Position numbers and translations under genes: made by a program. A model generated the notes under the pieces. That model was not told the DNA's origin, searched no databases, and was given only the letters and a program-made list of their open reading frames with translations. A stretch of 64,000 bases of DNA from Myxococcota bacterium (lineage in GTDB: Bacteria; Myxococcota_A; Polyangia; Nannocystales; Nannocystaceae), in the NCBI GenBank assembly GCA_039194325.1, contig JBCCWC010000003.1, forward strand, positions 172,299 to 236,298, in the 5' to 3' direction. Below, one piece after another: positions 10,786 to 20,616 of the stretch. Within the stretch, counting starts at the first letter, position 1. Every line of letters begins with the position of its first letter.

Positions 10786-11012
10786 ACGGACAGCATAGTC
10801 TGGCTCGCCGCACTCTCGCCGCGCTGGCGTGCGTGCGTGGGCGGATGTGGGTCTAGTGTCGGGGTAGGCCCCACGTGGTGACGAGCGTCGCCCATTCTGG
10901 CCGCGCGATCGGTCTTTTTGCCGCGTTCACGTTTTTTTCGTGCTCGGGCGGGGATTTCTTCGTAGGTCGCGTGATCGTTTGGCCTCGGTCGCGCACTGAC
11001 CTGCGGGAGGTC

Positions 11013-12560
11013 ATGAGATTGAGCTTGCAGATCGCACGATTGACTTTGATGGTGTCCTTGGCCCTGACCGTCGGGGCATGCGGCTATGCGGCCTACGAAG
11101 ACGCCGGCTACGACGGGTACGGGGGCTACGACGAAGATCCCGGCGACGGAGCCGGCGGGGCCGACGGGGCCGACGGGGCCGACGATGGCGGCCAGGCCAT
11201 GCCGATCCCGCCTCCGCCCCCGCCCGACGAGGATTTCGAGCCGCCCGAGCCCACCGAGTGCAACGACGCCGACCGGGTCACCCTGTTCTTGTCTCCCGAC
11301 GACTCGAACTCGATGTCCTCACCCGTGCAGGTCCGCGAAGCCGTGTTCAATGGCTTTAGCTCGCTGGCCAGCATCCCCATTCGCACGTGGGAGTTCATGA
11401 ACTACTACGGCTTCGACTATCCCGCGGCCGAAGCGGGGGGCGTGCGGGTCATCCCTTCGCTGATGGTGCCCAAAGGGGCCGAAGACGGCGAGTACACCCT
11501 CCAGATTGCGGTCTCCAGCGAGCAGGTCACCCCGGCCGACCGAGCGCCCATGAACGTCACGCTCGTGCTCGATACCTCGGGATCCATGCAGGGACATCCC
11601 ATGCGGATGCTCCAGGCCACGGGTCGCGCCATCGCGGGCAGCCTCGACGAGGGCGACATCATCTCCATCGTCACCTGGGACACGGAAAACCAGGAGATCC
11701 TCGCGGGGCACGCCGTACAGGGGCCCGACGATCCCACGCTGCTCGCGGCCATCGATGCGCTGGAAGCGGGCGGGGGGACCGATCTCCACGGTGGCCTGGT
11801 CGCGGGCTACGATCTCGCCCTTCAGTCGTACAACCGGGAGCGGATCAACCGCATCGTGCTGGTCAGCGACGGCGGGGCCAACGCGGGGATCACCGACATC
11901 GATCTCATCGCCTCGCACGCCGACGGCCAAGACTCCGACGGCCTCTACATGGTGGGCGTTGGCGTGGGCGACGGCTCCTCGTACAAAGACGACCTCATGG
12001 ATACGGTCACCGACGCGGGCCGGGGTGCCTCCGTGTTCATCAACAGTGAGGCGGAGGCGCAGCATATCTTCGGCGAGCGCTTCATCAGCACGCTCGACGT
12101 CGCCGTGCGCGACGTCTCGGTGAGCCTGGAGATGCCCCCGGGCTTCTCGGTGGTGCGCTTCTCGGGAGAGGAGATCAGCGCCGATCCCGATCAAGTCGAG
12201 CCGCAGCACCTCGCGCCCAACGATGCCATGATCTTCCACCAAGAGATCGAGACCTGCGCGCCCGAGCAAGTCGACGATCAGACCGCCTTCGAGGTGGTGG
12301 TGCACTACCTCGACGGCACCACGTTCGAGCCCAGCCAGATCCGTACCCAGGTGACCTTTGGCGACCTGCTGAGCGCCGACGATCCGTTGTTGCTCAAGGG
12401 CGCCGCGGTCTTCGCCTACGCCGAGGCCCTCGATGATCGCCAGCAGAGCGCCTCGGCGTCGCTGGAGCCCGCCTTTGCCGCCCTCGAGCAGGCCGAGGCC
12501 GCCAACGATGGCGATCCCGATCTCGCCGAGATCCGCCTCATTCTCGAGACGCTCCAGTAA
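11013..12560 (+). CDS. vWA-domain lipoprotein (YfbK-like)
   Basis: GGAGG RBS; lipobox VGAC; MIDAS DTSGS, GGGT, SDG motifs. Confidence 0.88.
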   Translation: MRLSLQIARLTLMVSLALTVGACGYAAYEDAGYDGYGGYDEDPGDGAGGADGADGADDGGQAMPIPPPPPPDEDFEPPEPTECNDADRVTLFLSPDDSNSMSSPVQVREAVFNGFSSLASIPIRTWEFMNYYGFDYPAAEAGGVRVIPSLMVPKGAEDGEYTLQIAVSSEQVTPADRAPMNVTLVLDTSGSMQGHPMRMLQATGRAIAGSLDEGDIISIVTWDTENQEILAGHAVQGPDDPTLLAAIDALEAGGGTDLHGGLVAGYDLALQSYNRERINRIVLVSDGGANAGITDIDLIASHADGQDSDGLYMVGVGVGDGSSYKDDLMDTVTDAGRGASVFINSEAEAQHIFGERFISTLDVAVRDVSVSLEMPPGFSVVRFSGEEISADPDQVEPQHLAPNDAMIFHQEIETCAPEQVDDQTAFEVVVHYLDGTTFEPSQIRTQVTFGDLLSADDPLLLKGAAVFAYAEALDDRQQSASASLEPAFAALEQAEAANDGDPDLAEIRLILETLQ

Positions 12561-12698
12561 GCGACCCGTCGCGCGTGCTCGTGCTGTGGGCCCCGGCCGC
12601 TTGTGCGGCTCGGGCCCTTCGTCACGGTCGCGTAACACCTCCGCTCGCCGGCTCGCGCTTCCTTAGAGCGGGAGCGTGGCGCTACCCTCCGCGTGATC

Positions 12699-13658
12699 AT
12701 GGGTCGCGCCAGCATCCCCACGGCCAGCATCCCCACGGCCAGCATCCCCACGATTAGCTACGAGGACTTCGTCGCTGGTGGCGAGGTGGCCGAGCGCTTC
12801 GTCGAGGTCTTAGGCCGGGGCCTCGAGCGCTTCGGCTTCGTGTTCGTGCGGGACCACGGCATCGACGTCGAGCTGCTGCGACGCACCTATGCGCTCGCCG
12901 AGCAATTGTTCGCCCTCCCCGACGCGGTCAAGCGCCGCTACGAGACCCCCGACGACGGACGACAGCGCGGCTACACCTCCTTCGGGGTCGAGCACGCCCG
13001 GGATCAGACCGTCGCCGATCTCAAGGAGTTCTGGCACGTAGGTCGACGCCTGCCTGCCGATCACCCGCTGACGATCCGCAAGGAGATCCCTCGCAATTGC
13101 TACGCCGAGGAGATCCCCGGGTTCTCCGAGACCTCGCAGGCCCTGTTCGACGCGCTCGACCGCTTCTCCCTGCGGCTGCTGGGAGCGATCGAACGCTACC
13201 TCGGGCTGCCGGATGGCACCTTCGAGGCGCTCACCTGCGACGGGAACTCCGTGCTTCGCATCATCCACTACCCACCGTTACCCGGAGACGTACCCGCCGG
13301 GGCGGTGCGTGCCGCCCAGCACGAGGACATCAACCTCATCACCGTCCTGCCCGCGTCGACCGAGCCCGGTTTGCAGCTGATGACCCGCGACGGCCAGTGG
13401 CTCGACGTCAGCCCTCCGCCCGACGCGATGGTCTGCGACACGGGCGACATGATGCAGCTATTGACCAACGGCCGCCTCCCCGCCACGACCCATCGGGTGA
13501 CCAACCCCCCGCAGGACCCACAACGGTCGCGATACTCGATGCCCCTATTTTGTCACCCCCACCCCGACGCGATCCTCCGCCCCGCCGGTCCCGGCGCGCC
13601 CGCCATCACCGCTCGCGACTTCTTGATGGAGCGCCTACGCGAGATCGGCCTGGCCTGA
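12699..13658 (+). CDS. 2-oxoglutarate/Fe(II) oxygenase, isopenicillin-N-synthase-like family
   Basis: HxD (HEDIN), distal H (TTHRV), RxS (RYS); ASIPT repeat x3 at N-terminus. Confidence 0.92.
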   Translation: MGRASIPTASIPTASIPTISYEDFVAGGEVAERFVEVLGRGLERFGFVFVRDHGIDVELLRRTYALAEQLFALPDAVKRRYETPDDGRQRGYTSFGVEHARDQTVADLKEFWHVGRRLPADHPLTIRKEIPRNCYAEEIPGFSETSQALFDALDRFSLRLLGAIERYLGLPDGTFEALTCDGNSVLRIIHYPPLPGDVPAGAVRAAQHEDINLITVLPASTEPGLQLMTRDGQWLDVSPPPDAMVCDTGDMMQLLTNGRLPATTHRVTNPPQDPQRSRYSMPLFCHPHPDAILRPAGPGAPAITARDFLMERLREIGLA

Positions 13659-13660
13659 GC

Positions 13661-15214
13661 TCACCCCGGGGGTAGCTTCAGCGCCGTCAGTGTCTGCTGC
13701 GCGCTCGCCACCAGCCACCCCTTGCCCTGAACCAATCGGACATCATCCCCATAGATCGACGCACCATCCTCCACGCTCAGCGGGCTCTGCCAACGCGGCA
13801 TCCCGGTGGTCGGATCCAGCTCGAGCAGCGCCGGCGGCTCGCCCTCATGTAGGCCGCCGGTCACCCCGAACACTCGGCGGCCGTCGGTGGCCAGCGGCCC
13901 TTGTCCGCCCAGCCCGACCTTCCAGCGCACCGTGCCATCCGCGATCGCCTGCGTGTACTCCTCGGCATGAACCACCACGGTGCCGTCGTCGAGCAACGCC
14001 GGCCGGTCGTAGGTGGAGTCACGCACAAACGAGCGCCACGTGCGACACCCTTCGGGAGGATCCACGCAGCCTTCGCACTCCGACTCGCTCAGCACCAGGG
14101 CCCCGGGCTGCGGCCAGCCCGAGGGCGCGACCGGGGTCCCGCTGTGGCAGCGGGTGGGATCGAGCACGACCACGTCGCCATCGATGAGCAGCACCAGTCG
14201 CGGGTCGTCGAGGATGACCTGCCCGAGCCCGTCGTGGGCCCCGATGGTCATCAGGCGCTGCATCTGGGCCGAGAAGACCCGGAGCTCGTCGTCTTCCCAG
14301 ACATAGCGCATGCCCGCCGCGTCCACGTGCAGCTGCACGTCGCTGTCCAGGTACTCGCGCTTCAGTTGCCCCTGGGCCTCGACGCACCCCTCGGTCCCCG
14401 GCGGGCTCGCGCACCGCTCGGGGTTCACCAAAAAGAAGCGACCCTCGCCATCGAGCACCAGCAAGCCCTGGCCGCTGACCGCCGCGGTCCGTACCGCGGG
14501 CATGCCTCCGCCGTCATCCTCGGGGAGCGCCGGCAGGCTCGCGGTCCAGCGCTCTTTGCCCGAGCTCGGATCGAAGGCCACCACCCGGTTCTCCTCCGCG
14601 GCCACCCACGTCGCGGGGCTGCCGGGCACGGGCAGCAGCCACCGCGCGTGGTCGCCTGCCTTGCGCCACACCACCTTGCCGTCGCGAAGCCCCACGAGGC
14701 CATCGCTCTCGACCCCCGCGACCGCGAGCACGGTCCCGTCGTCGGCGAGCTCCAGCACCCGCGGCTCGCTCTCGAAGCTGAAGGTCCACGAGGGCTTCGG
14801 CCCGGTGGGGATCTCCTTGGGCAGCGGGGTCGCGCCATCCATCGCCGCGATCACCCGCTCTTCGCAGCCGTCCCTGAGCATGCCCAGGGGCGATAGACAC
14901 CGCATGACGTCCTCGGGCCAGGTCATGCACTTGTCGAGCAGCTCCTTGCGGAGGCCGCGAGCCTCGGCCCGGACCTGGCCGCGGCTGGCGTCGGCCTCGG
15001 CTCCCGCCGGGTCGTCGTCGAGCGCCGTCACCAACAGCTGCCCTGCGAGCACCGCTTGTCCAGCCGCCTCGGTGGCGAAGCGCTCGCATTGTCGCTTGTG
15101 CTTGGCCTCGGGGCTCTGTTCCACTGCGGGCGGCGGATCCTTCTTGCACGCGCCGAGCGTGCACGCACCGAGGATCAGCAGGGCGAGCGGAACGACCAGG
15201 CGCAGCGACAACAT
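13661..15214 (-). CDS. Lipoprotein with PQQ-like beta-propeller repeats
   Basis: Lipobox LGAC; repeated GxxxW blade motifs (GKVVW, GKERW, GTVRW, GMPRW). Confidence 0.72.
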   Translation of the reverse strand: MLSLRLVVPLALLILGACTLGACKKDPPPAVEQSPEAKHKRQCERFATEAAGQAVLAGQLLVTALDDDPAGAEADASRGQVRAEARGLRKELLDKCMTWPEDVMRCLSPLGMLRDGCEERVIAAMDGATPLPKEIPTGPKPSWTFSFESEPRVLELADDGTVLAVAGVESDGLVGLRDGKVVWRKAGDHARWLLPVPGSPATWVAAEENRVVAFDPSSGKERWTASLPALPEDDGGGMPAVRTAAVSGQGLLVLDGEGRFFLVNPERCASPPGTEGCVEAQGQLKREYLDSDVQLHVDAAGMRYVWEDDELRVFSAQMQRLMTIGAHDGLGQVILDDPRLVLLIDGDVVVLDPTRCHSGTPVAPSGWPQPGALVLSESECEGCVDPPEGCRTWRSFVRDSTYDRPALLDDGTVVVHAEEYTQAIADGTVRWKVGLGGQGPLATDGRRVFGVTGGLHEGEPPALLELDPTTGMPRWQSPLSVEDGASIYGDDVRLVQGKGWLVASAQQTLTALKLPPG

Positions 15215-15320
15215 GGTGGGGAGTGTCGCGCACGCCGACCCAGCTGCCCATGGCGGGTCTTGATGGCACAGCGCGCGGTCGCGGAGCGATGTTTTCGTCG
15301 GTGCTCGGGCGCACCCCGGG

Positions 15321-15809
15321 TCAGGCGAACATCGCGTCGAGCTCGGTCGCGACGGCCTTCTCGTCCTGACCCTTGGCCAGCGCGAGCTCCTGCACCAGCA
15401 GCGAACGCGCCGTGTCGAGCATCTTGCGCTCACCGAAACTCAGCTCCTTGTCGGAGCGGAGGATGCATAGGTCGCGGAGCACCGAGGCGATCTCGACCAG
15501 CGACCCGGTCTTGATCTTCTCCATGTACTCGCGGTACCGACGGTTCCAGGTGGCGGTGGAGATCTTGGCGCCGCGGTGCTTGAGCACGGTATACACGCGC
15601 TCGACCTCCGCCTCGTCGACCAGCATGCGCAAGCCCACGGACTTGGCATTGTGCTTGGGCACCATGACCTTCATGTTGTTCTCGAGCACGCTGAGCACGT
15701 AGAACTCGAGCTTGGCGCCGGAGATCTCTCGGGCCTCCAGACCGGTGATCTCGGCCACGCCGTGACCCGGATAGACCACCTTGTCGCCTACGCTGAACGT
15801 CTGAGCCAT
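15321..15809 (-). CDS. carD: CarD/CdnL family RNA-polymerase-binding transcription factor
   Basis: FSVGDKVVYPGHGVA...WNRRYREYMEKIKTG...LSFGERKML signature (CdnL-type, no HMGA tail). Confidence 0.95.
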   Translation of the reverse strand: MAQTFSVGDKVVYPGHGVAEITGLEAREISGAKLEFYVLSVLENNMKVMVPKHNAKSVGLRMLVDEAEVERVYTVLKHRGAKISTATWNRRYREYMEKIKTGSLVEIASVLRDLCILRSDKELSFGERKMLDTARSLLVQELALAKGQDEKAVATELDAMFA

Positions 15810-15901
15810 GGCTCTTGCTCCTGAGCGTCGCTCGTCAGTTGGCTCGCAAAGCGAGCAAAGCTAGGGTGAACGGGCACACCGCGGGCAACGTAGGAGGCGT
15901 A

Positions 15902-15930
15902 TAGTTAGCAATGGAGTCACCAAAGGTCAA
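15902..15930 (-). promoter_or_regulatory. Putative sigmaA promoter of carD/cdnL
   Basis: TTGACC-17 nt-TAACTA with TG extended -10 on minus strand. Confidence 0.6.
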
Positions 15931-16205
15931 GAAAATGCCTGAACGACGTTTATAGGGTGAGCAGGGGCGCTTTTGCCGCATTCGACGAGGAGCCAACAGG
16001 GGCAGGTGTGTCGAAAACGACGCGTGAAACGGTCGTGAGAGGCCAAGCGGAGCGGTGCTCGTTGTCAGAGGTTCCCGCAGGGTTTGCTGGGCCGGTCCTG
16101 GGCAGCGGCGATGGTGACGCCGCCCCGGCGGACCGAGGTGCAATCATTTTAGCGCGATCGTGACGGAAGGCGAACCCAGGGGGTGTGCCGTATGATTGGC
16201 GACCG

Positions 16206-16721
16206 ATGATCACGGCCTCTGCGAACGGTCGGTTCCGGCTGGCTCATCGTTCAGGGCTCGCGGCGTCGCTGCTGGCTGTGACGATGTTTGCCGGTTGTGC
16301 CACTAGCCCCGATCGTCTCCCCGAGCTCGACCGACGTTTCTACTACAACCTCCCCACCGGCGAGGATCAGCAAGCATTCCTCCAGCTCAAGGCCGGCGAG
16401 CGTCAGGCCTTCCTCGAGCGCAAGGGTCTGTGGGGCAAGTGGCAAGGGCTTCCGCTCGTCGAGCGCGAAGCGGTCAGCCGCGGTGAGATCGACCTGGGCT
16501 TTCACGAGTTCGCGGTGTTCATGGCTTGGGGACCACCCGCCGACACCCAGGACCGCGACGCCAACGGTCGACCGCTGCAGCTGCACACCTTCATCCGCTG
16601 CTCCAGCGGCCCCAAGCGCGGCCGCTACGTGCGGAGCAACCTCGATTGCGATGGCACCTCCAGCGAGACCCAGGTGTCGATCGACCAGGGTCTCGTCATC
16701 GAGATCGTGTACCCGAATTGA
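16206..16721 (+). CDS. Hypothetical lipoprotein
   Basis: Signal peptide ending MFAGC; GC3-biased ORF. Confidence 0.75.
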   Translation: MITASANGRFRLAHRSGLAASLLAVTMFAGCATSPDRLPELDRRFYYNLPTGEDQQAFLQLKAGERQAFLERKGLWGKWQGLPLVEREAVSRGEIDLGFHEFAVFMAWGPPADTQDRDANGRPLQLHTFIRCSSGPKRGRYVRSNLDCDGTSSETQVSIDQGLVIEIVYPN

Positions 16722-16762
16722 TCAAAGGAGATTCGTCTCCGACGAATCTCCCTCCGCCGATC

Positions 16763-18268
16763 TCAGCTGTCGCCGGTTTGGATCTCGCCGCTCAGTAGCT
16801 CGAGGATCGTGGCGACGGGCACCCCGGTGCCGCCGGGGGTGGTCACCCCGTAGGCCTTGCTGGCGATGGCTGGGCCCGCGATGTCCACGTGCATCCAGCG
16901 GACCCCCTCGTTGAACTCGCTCAAGAACAAGCCCGCGGTGAGGGCTCCGCCCCAGCGCTCGCCGGTGTTGCGCATGTCGGCGATCTTGCTCTTGAGCTGC
17001 TCCTTGAGGTTGCCGGGCAGAGGCAACCTCCACATGGTCTCGCCGCTGCGCTCGGCCGCGGCCATCCAGTCGCCCAGCAGCCGCTCGTCGTGGGTCATCA
17101 CGCCGGCGATGCGGGGGCCCAGGGCCACGATGCAGGCCCCGGTGAGCGTGGCAAAGTCGATCATCAGCTCGGGCTCGAGCTTGGAGGCGTACACCATCGC
17201 GTCGGCCATGGTCAGGCGACCCTCCGCGTCGGTGTTGTTGATCTCCACCGTCTTGCCATTCGAGGCGGTCAGCACGTCACCCAGCTTGTAGGCCTTGCCG
17301 CTCACCAGGTTCTCGGCCGCGGCCACGATGCTGTGCACCTCGTACTCCACCCCGAGGCGAACCGCCCCCTCGAACGCAGAGATCACCGCCGCCGAGCCGC
17401 CCATGTCGAGCTTCATGTCGAGCATGCCGTCGGTCGGCTTGAGCGAGTAACCGCCCGAGTCGAAGGTCACCCCCTTGCCGATCAGACAGATCCGCGGGGC
17501 CTTCGCGACGCTCTTGGGACGATAGGTGAGGTGGATGAACTTGGGTGGCTCGTCGCTGCCTTGGGCCACGCCCAGGTAGCAACCCATGCCCCGCTGCTCG
17601 CACTGCTCTTGGTCGAGCACCGTCAGCTCCACGTCGTGTCCCTCGCCCTTGAGCGCGTTGACCACGTCCGTGGCGGTTTGGGCGAGGAACGACGGGGTGA
17701 CCAGGCCGGGCGGACCGTTGCCCAGGTCCCGAGCGCGGGCCACCGATGCGGCGACGATCTGCCCCCGCATCGATCCCTCAGCGGGCGCAGCCGAGCGGCC
17801 CCATGCGCTCACCCGCTGGAGGCTCTTGGGGGTGCTCTCGTTGAGGAAGCGATCGTAGGAATACGTGCCCAGCTCCAAACCTTGAGCCACCAAATTGCCG
17901 ACCTGAGCGGCATCATCACCCTCGGCTGGCAGGCCGTCGCCTCCATGAAGGTCGAGGACCAAGTGAGAGGCTCCCACGCGCTGGGTCTCGCGGGCAGCGT
18001 CATGCGCCAGCTGGCGTAGCGCCGCGGGATCGGTGAGCTGAGTGGTGCCCAGAAGCATCACGTGCTGCAGCGTTCCTTCGATCTGCCGCGTGAACGTGAA
18101 GCTCTCGCTCGGCTTACCCGTGAAGGGCGCCTGCCCGACCGCATCGCGGACCGCGGCGCCAAATCGCTGTGCGATGGTCTCGGGGTCGTGGCCCTCACGC
18201 AACGGCACAGCCAACAGCTGTCCGGCTGCGACCACCGGCTCCTCCGTCGTCCAGTCGATATCGAGCAT
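16763..18268 (-). CDS. pepA: Leucyl aminopeptidase (M17)
   Basis: GKGVTFDSGG, MKLDMGG, NTDAEGRL motifs. Confidence 0.95.
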   Translation of the reverse strand: MLDIDWTTEEPVVAAGQLLAVPLREGHDPETIAQRFGAAVRDAVGQAPFTGKPSESFTFTRQIEGTLQHVMLLGTTQLTDPAALRQLAHDAARETQRVGASHLVLDLHGGDGLPAEGDDAAQVGNLVAQGLELGTYSYDRFLNESTPKSLQRVSAWGRSAAPAEGSMRGQIVAASVARARDLGNGPPGLVTPSFLAQTATDVVNALKGEGHDVELTVLDQEQCEQRGMGCYLGVAQGSDEPPKFIHLTYRPKSVAKAPRICLIGKGVTFDSGGYSLKPTDGMLDMKLDMGGSAAVISAFEGAVRLGVEYEVHSIVAAAENLVSGKAYKLGDVLTASNGKTVEINNTDAEGRLTMADAMVYASKLEPELMIDFATLTGACIVALGPRIAGVMTHDERLLGDWMAAAERSGETMWRLPLPGNLKEQLKSKIADMRNTGERWGGALTAGLFLSEFNEGVRWMHVDIAGPAIASKAYGVTTPGGTGVPVATILELLSGEIQTGDS

Positions 18269-18607
18269 TCCGTAGTCTTCCTTCGTGTTTTTTCACGGCG
18301 GCCGCAGTGCGCTTGACACGCTGCACCGTTCCCGCCCCAACTGCGGCGGGGTTTATCGCACAGCCGTGGCCCCTCCGCCCAGCGCGCAGCGGCAGCCGCG
18401 AAAGACGCCTTCGAGGTGTGCGGCTCGCCCGCATTTCACAGCGCGGAAGCGCCCGGTCGAAAATGATAGATTGTTGAAATTATTGATATTTACTGGGCTC
18501 GACGGGGTGAGGTGTCAGTCATGGATAACTAGGCATCATGATCATGTACCTTGCCTAAAAGATCATTCACCTTCGCGTAATTGCGTGCCAATGATGCTTA
18601 ATTGTTA

Positions 18608-18636
18608 TTGACACGCGCTGATCGCGACCGTAAGGT
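18608..18636 (+). promoter_or_regulatory. SigmaA-type promoter for the histone-like gene
   Basis: TTGACA-17 nt-TAAGGT after an AT-rich tract; GAAGGAGG RBS downstream. Confidence 0.75.
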
Positions 18637-18675
18637 CCGACCTACCGTTGCCCCTTGAAGGAGGGTCCACTCACG

Positions 18676-19086
18676 ATGCTCGACGCTGATACCGCTCAGG
18701 CGCCCGCGCAGGCCGCGAAGCCGCGTCGCAAGGCTGCCAAGAAGAAAACCAAGAAGAAGGTCGCCAAGAAGAAGGTCGCCAAGAAGAAGGTGACCAAGAA
18801 GAAGGCGGCCAAGAAGAAGGTCGCCAAGAAGAAGGTCGCCAAGAAGAAGGTCGCCAAGAAGAAGGCGGCCAAGAAGAAGGTCGCCAAGAAGAAGGCGGCC
18901 AAGAAGAAGACGGCCAAGAAGAAGGCGGCCAAGAAGAAGACGGCCAAGAAGAAGGTCGCCAAGAAGAAGGCGGCCAAGAAGAAGACGGCCAAGAAGAAGG
19001 TCGCCAAGAAGAAGGTCGCCAAGAAGAAGGCCACCAAGAAGAAGGCCACCAAGAAGAAGGCCACCAAGCGCAAGACCAAGAAGTAG
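18676..19086 (+). CDS. Histone-H1-like Lys/Ala-rich nucleoid protein
   Basis: Over 20 KKKxA/KKKAT pentapeptide repeats encoded by 15-bp tandem repeats; promoter and RBS present. Confidence 0.85.
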   Translation: MLDADTAQAPAQAAKPRRKAAKKKTKKKVAKKKVAKKKVTKKKAAKKKVAKKKVAKKKVAKKKAAKKKVAKKKAAKKKTAKKKAAKKKTAKKKVAKKKAAKKKTAKKKVAKKKVAKKKATKKKATKKKATKRKTKK

Positions 19087-19203
19087 CACCTGCTTCTCCC
19101 AAGCTTGCGAACGCTTCGCCGTCGCGGCCTCGGGCCACGGCGGCGTTGCTACGTCTGGCTCGACGACAACACGGGCTGGATCGTCAGTGGCGGTGCACGG
19201 TTC

Positions 19204-19300
19204 AGCGCACGGTGATAATAAGAGTGGAGGCGCGAGCGCGTCGGGCAAGCGCACGGTGATAAGAGTGGAGGCGCGAGCGCGTCGGGCAAGCGCACGGTGA
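19204..19300. repeat. Intergenic tandem repeat, 41-44 bp unit, about 2.3 copies
   Basis: AGCGCACGGTGAT(AAT)AAGAGTGGAGGCGCGAGCGCGTCGGGCA repeated. Confidence 0.9.
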
Positions 19301-19330
19301 CCGCGGTAAGCGAGGCAAACATGCCCCGAG

Positions 19331-20080
19331 TCAGAGCTCGAGTGCGTCGGCAAATGTAGCCAGGTTGTTGCGCGCTCGGGCTCCACTGAACACGATGGCC
19401 GGGTCGGCGGCCACCTCGGCGTGATCGAGCAGCTCGTCGATCATGCCCCCGTGGATCGTCCCCTCGCGAGGAATGTCCACGCGAAGCCAGGCCCCGGGCG
19501 CTGCGAGGCCGTTGCCTTGCTCGTTGCGCAGCGGTCGACCGCCCGCAAACGCGGGCAGCATGACCGTGATGCCGACCTCGCGGGCGAGGGCCGCAGCCAC
19601 CGGTGCTTCCCACAGGCCCTCGGGCTCCCACACCAGGTCGATCCCCTCGGCGCGCCGGACCTCGGCAAAAGCGCGGATGCGTGCGCGACCCAGAGCGCCC
19701 GGGGTGATGCTCGGAGGGGTGCGCAGCACGACCGTGTTCGATTGCATCGCGTTGGCACACAGTCGCGTCACGTCCCAGGCTTGCTGGATCTGTGCATTGT
19801 CCTGCAGTCCTCCAAACAGGTGAGGCGGCCCGCTGAGCGTTCGCGTGCTTCGCTCGCGCATACGGTCCTCAGGCCCATGGGTGACCAAGTGCCAGGCCAG
19901 CGGCAGCAATCGAGCTCGCGGAAAACTCCGTTGCACCTGCTGAGCCCAACGCTTGGCTGCGCCGGCACGGGGAGGATCGAGCAGCGTACGCTCGAGCATC
20001 ACCACGTCGACACGCGGGTCGGGGGCTCGACGCCGGCGGGCGTTGCGTTCGGTGAGCACCAGGCCGAGGGTGACCGACAT
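19331..20080 (-). CDS. DUF72-like TIM-barrel hypothetical protein
   Basis: AWHLVTH, LRTPPS, LVWEPEGLW resemble DUF72 motifs. Confidence 0.6.
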   Translation of the reverse strand: MSVTLGLVLTERNARRRRAPDPRVDVVMLERTLLDPPRAGAAKRWAQQVQRSFPRARLLPLAWHLVTHGPEDRMRERSTRTLSGPPHLFGGLQDNAQIQQAWDVTRLCANAMQSNTVVLRTPPSITPGALGRARIRAFAEVRRAEGIDLVWEPEGLWEAPVAAALAREVGITVMLPAFAGGRPLRNEQGNGLAAPGAWLRVDIPREGTIHGGMIDELLDHAEVAADPAIVFSGARARNNLATFADALEL

Positions 20081-20164
20081 CCGGCGGACCGTAGGCTCGC
20101 GGTCGTGGCTTGGCAACCTGGTACCAGGCCCCGAGGTTTCATCGAGATTCCTGCTTGCCTGATA

Positions 20165-20192
20165 ACTACCATGGTAGTATTACCATGGTAGT
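20165..20192. promoter_or_regulatory. Tandem BlaI/MecI-type operators
   Basis: ACTACCATGGTAGT followed by ATTACCATGGTAGT, ending 1 nt before the blaI-like ATG. Confidence 0.82.
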
Positions 20193-20193
20193 C

Positions 20194-20616
20194 ATGCCTA
20201 CCGAGCATCTCGGCAAGCTTCAGCTCGCCATCATGCGCGTGTTGTGGGCCGCCGGCGAGAGCACCGTCGCCGAGGTTCACCGCGCGCTCGAGCCGTCCCA
20301 TGGTTTGGCTCCCACCACGATCGCCACCATGCTCAAGAAGATGGAGGGCAAGGGAGTGGTTGTGCACCGGACCGAGGGTCGGCGTTTCATCTACCGGCCG
20401 ATCGTCAGCGAGTCCACCGTCACGCGCTCGATGGTCGCCGACCTCAAGGAGCGCCTGTTCGGGGGCAGCGCGGCGGCTCTGGTGAGCCACCTGCTGCAGT
20501 CGCACGAGGTCGATGACGAAGAGCTGGCCGAGCTTCGCCGTCAGATCGAGCAAGCCCACGACGGCGAAGCCCACGACGGCGAAACCCACGACAGCGAAAG
20601 AGGATCCACCCGATGA
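20194..20616 (+). CDS. BlaI/MecI/CopY family repressor
   Basis: LQLAIMRVLW...TVAEV...TTIATML...KG...R...GRRFIY...LFGGS...LVSHL. Confidence 0.93.
   Translation: MPTEHLGKLQLAIMRVLWAAGESTVAEVHRALEPSHGLAPTTIATMLKKMEGKGVVVHRTEGRRFIYRPIVSESTVTRSMVADLKERLFGGSAAALVSHLLQSHEVDDEELAELRRQIEQAHDGEAHDGETHDSERGSTR

Noticed and set aside
12699..13658. Beta-lactam biosynthetic cluster
   Set aside because: The IPNS-like oxygenase stands alone, with no NRPS or tailoring genes nearby.
19204..19300. Possible CRISPR array
   Set aside because: Units abut with no unique spacers, and no cas genes are in the window. The same applies to 205-444 and 2224-2291.
18598..19386. Long antisense ORFs with LLLG/FFLA/PSSW repeats
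   Set aside because: Shadows of the 15-bp repeat of the histone-like gene. Promoter and RBS support the + strand only.
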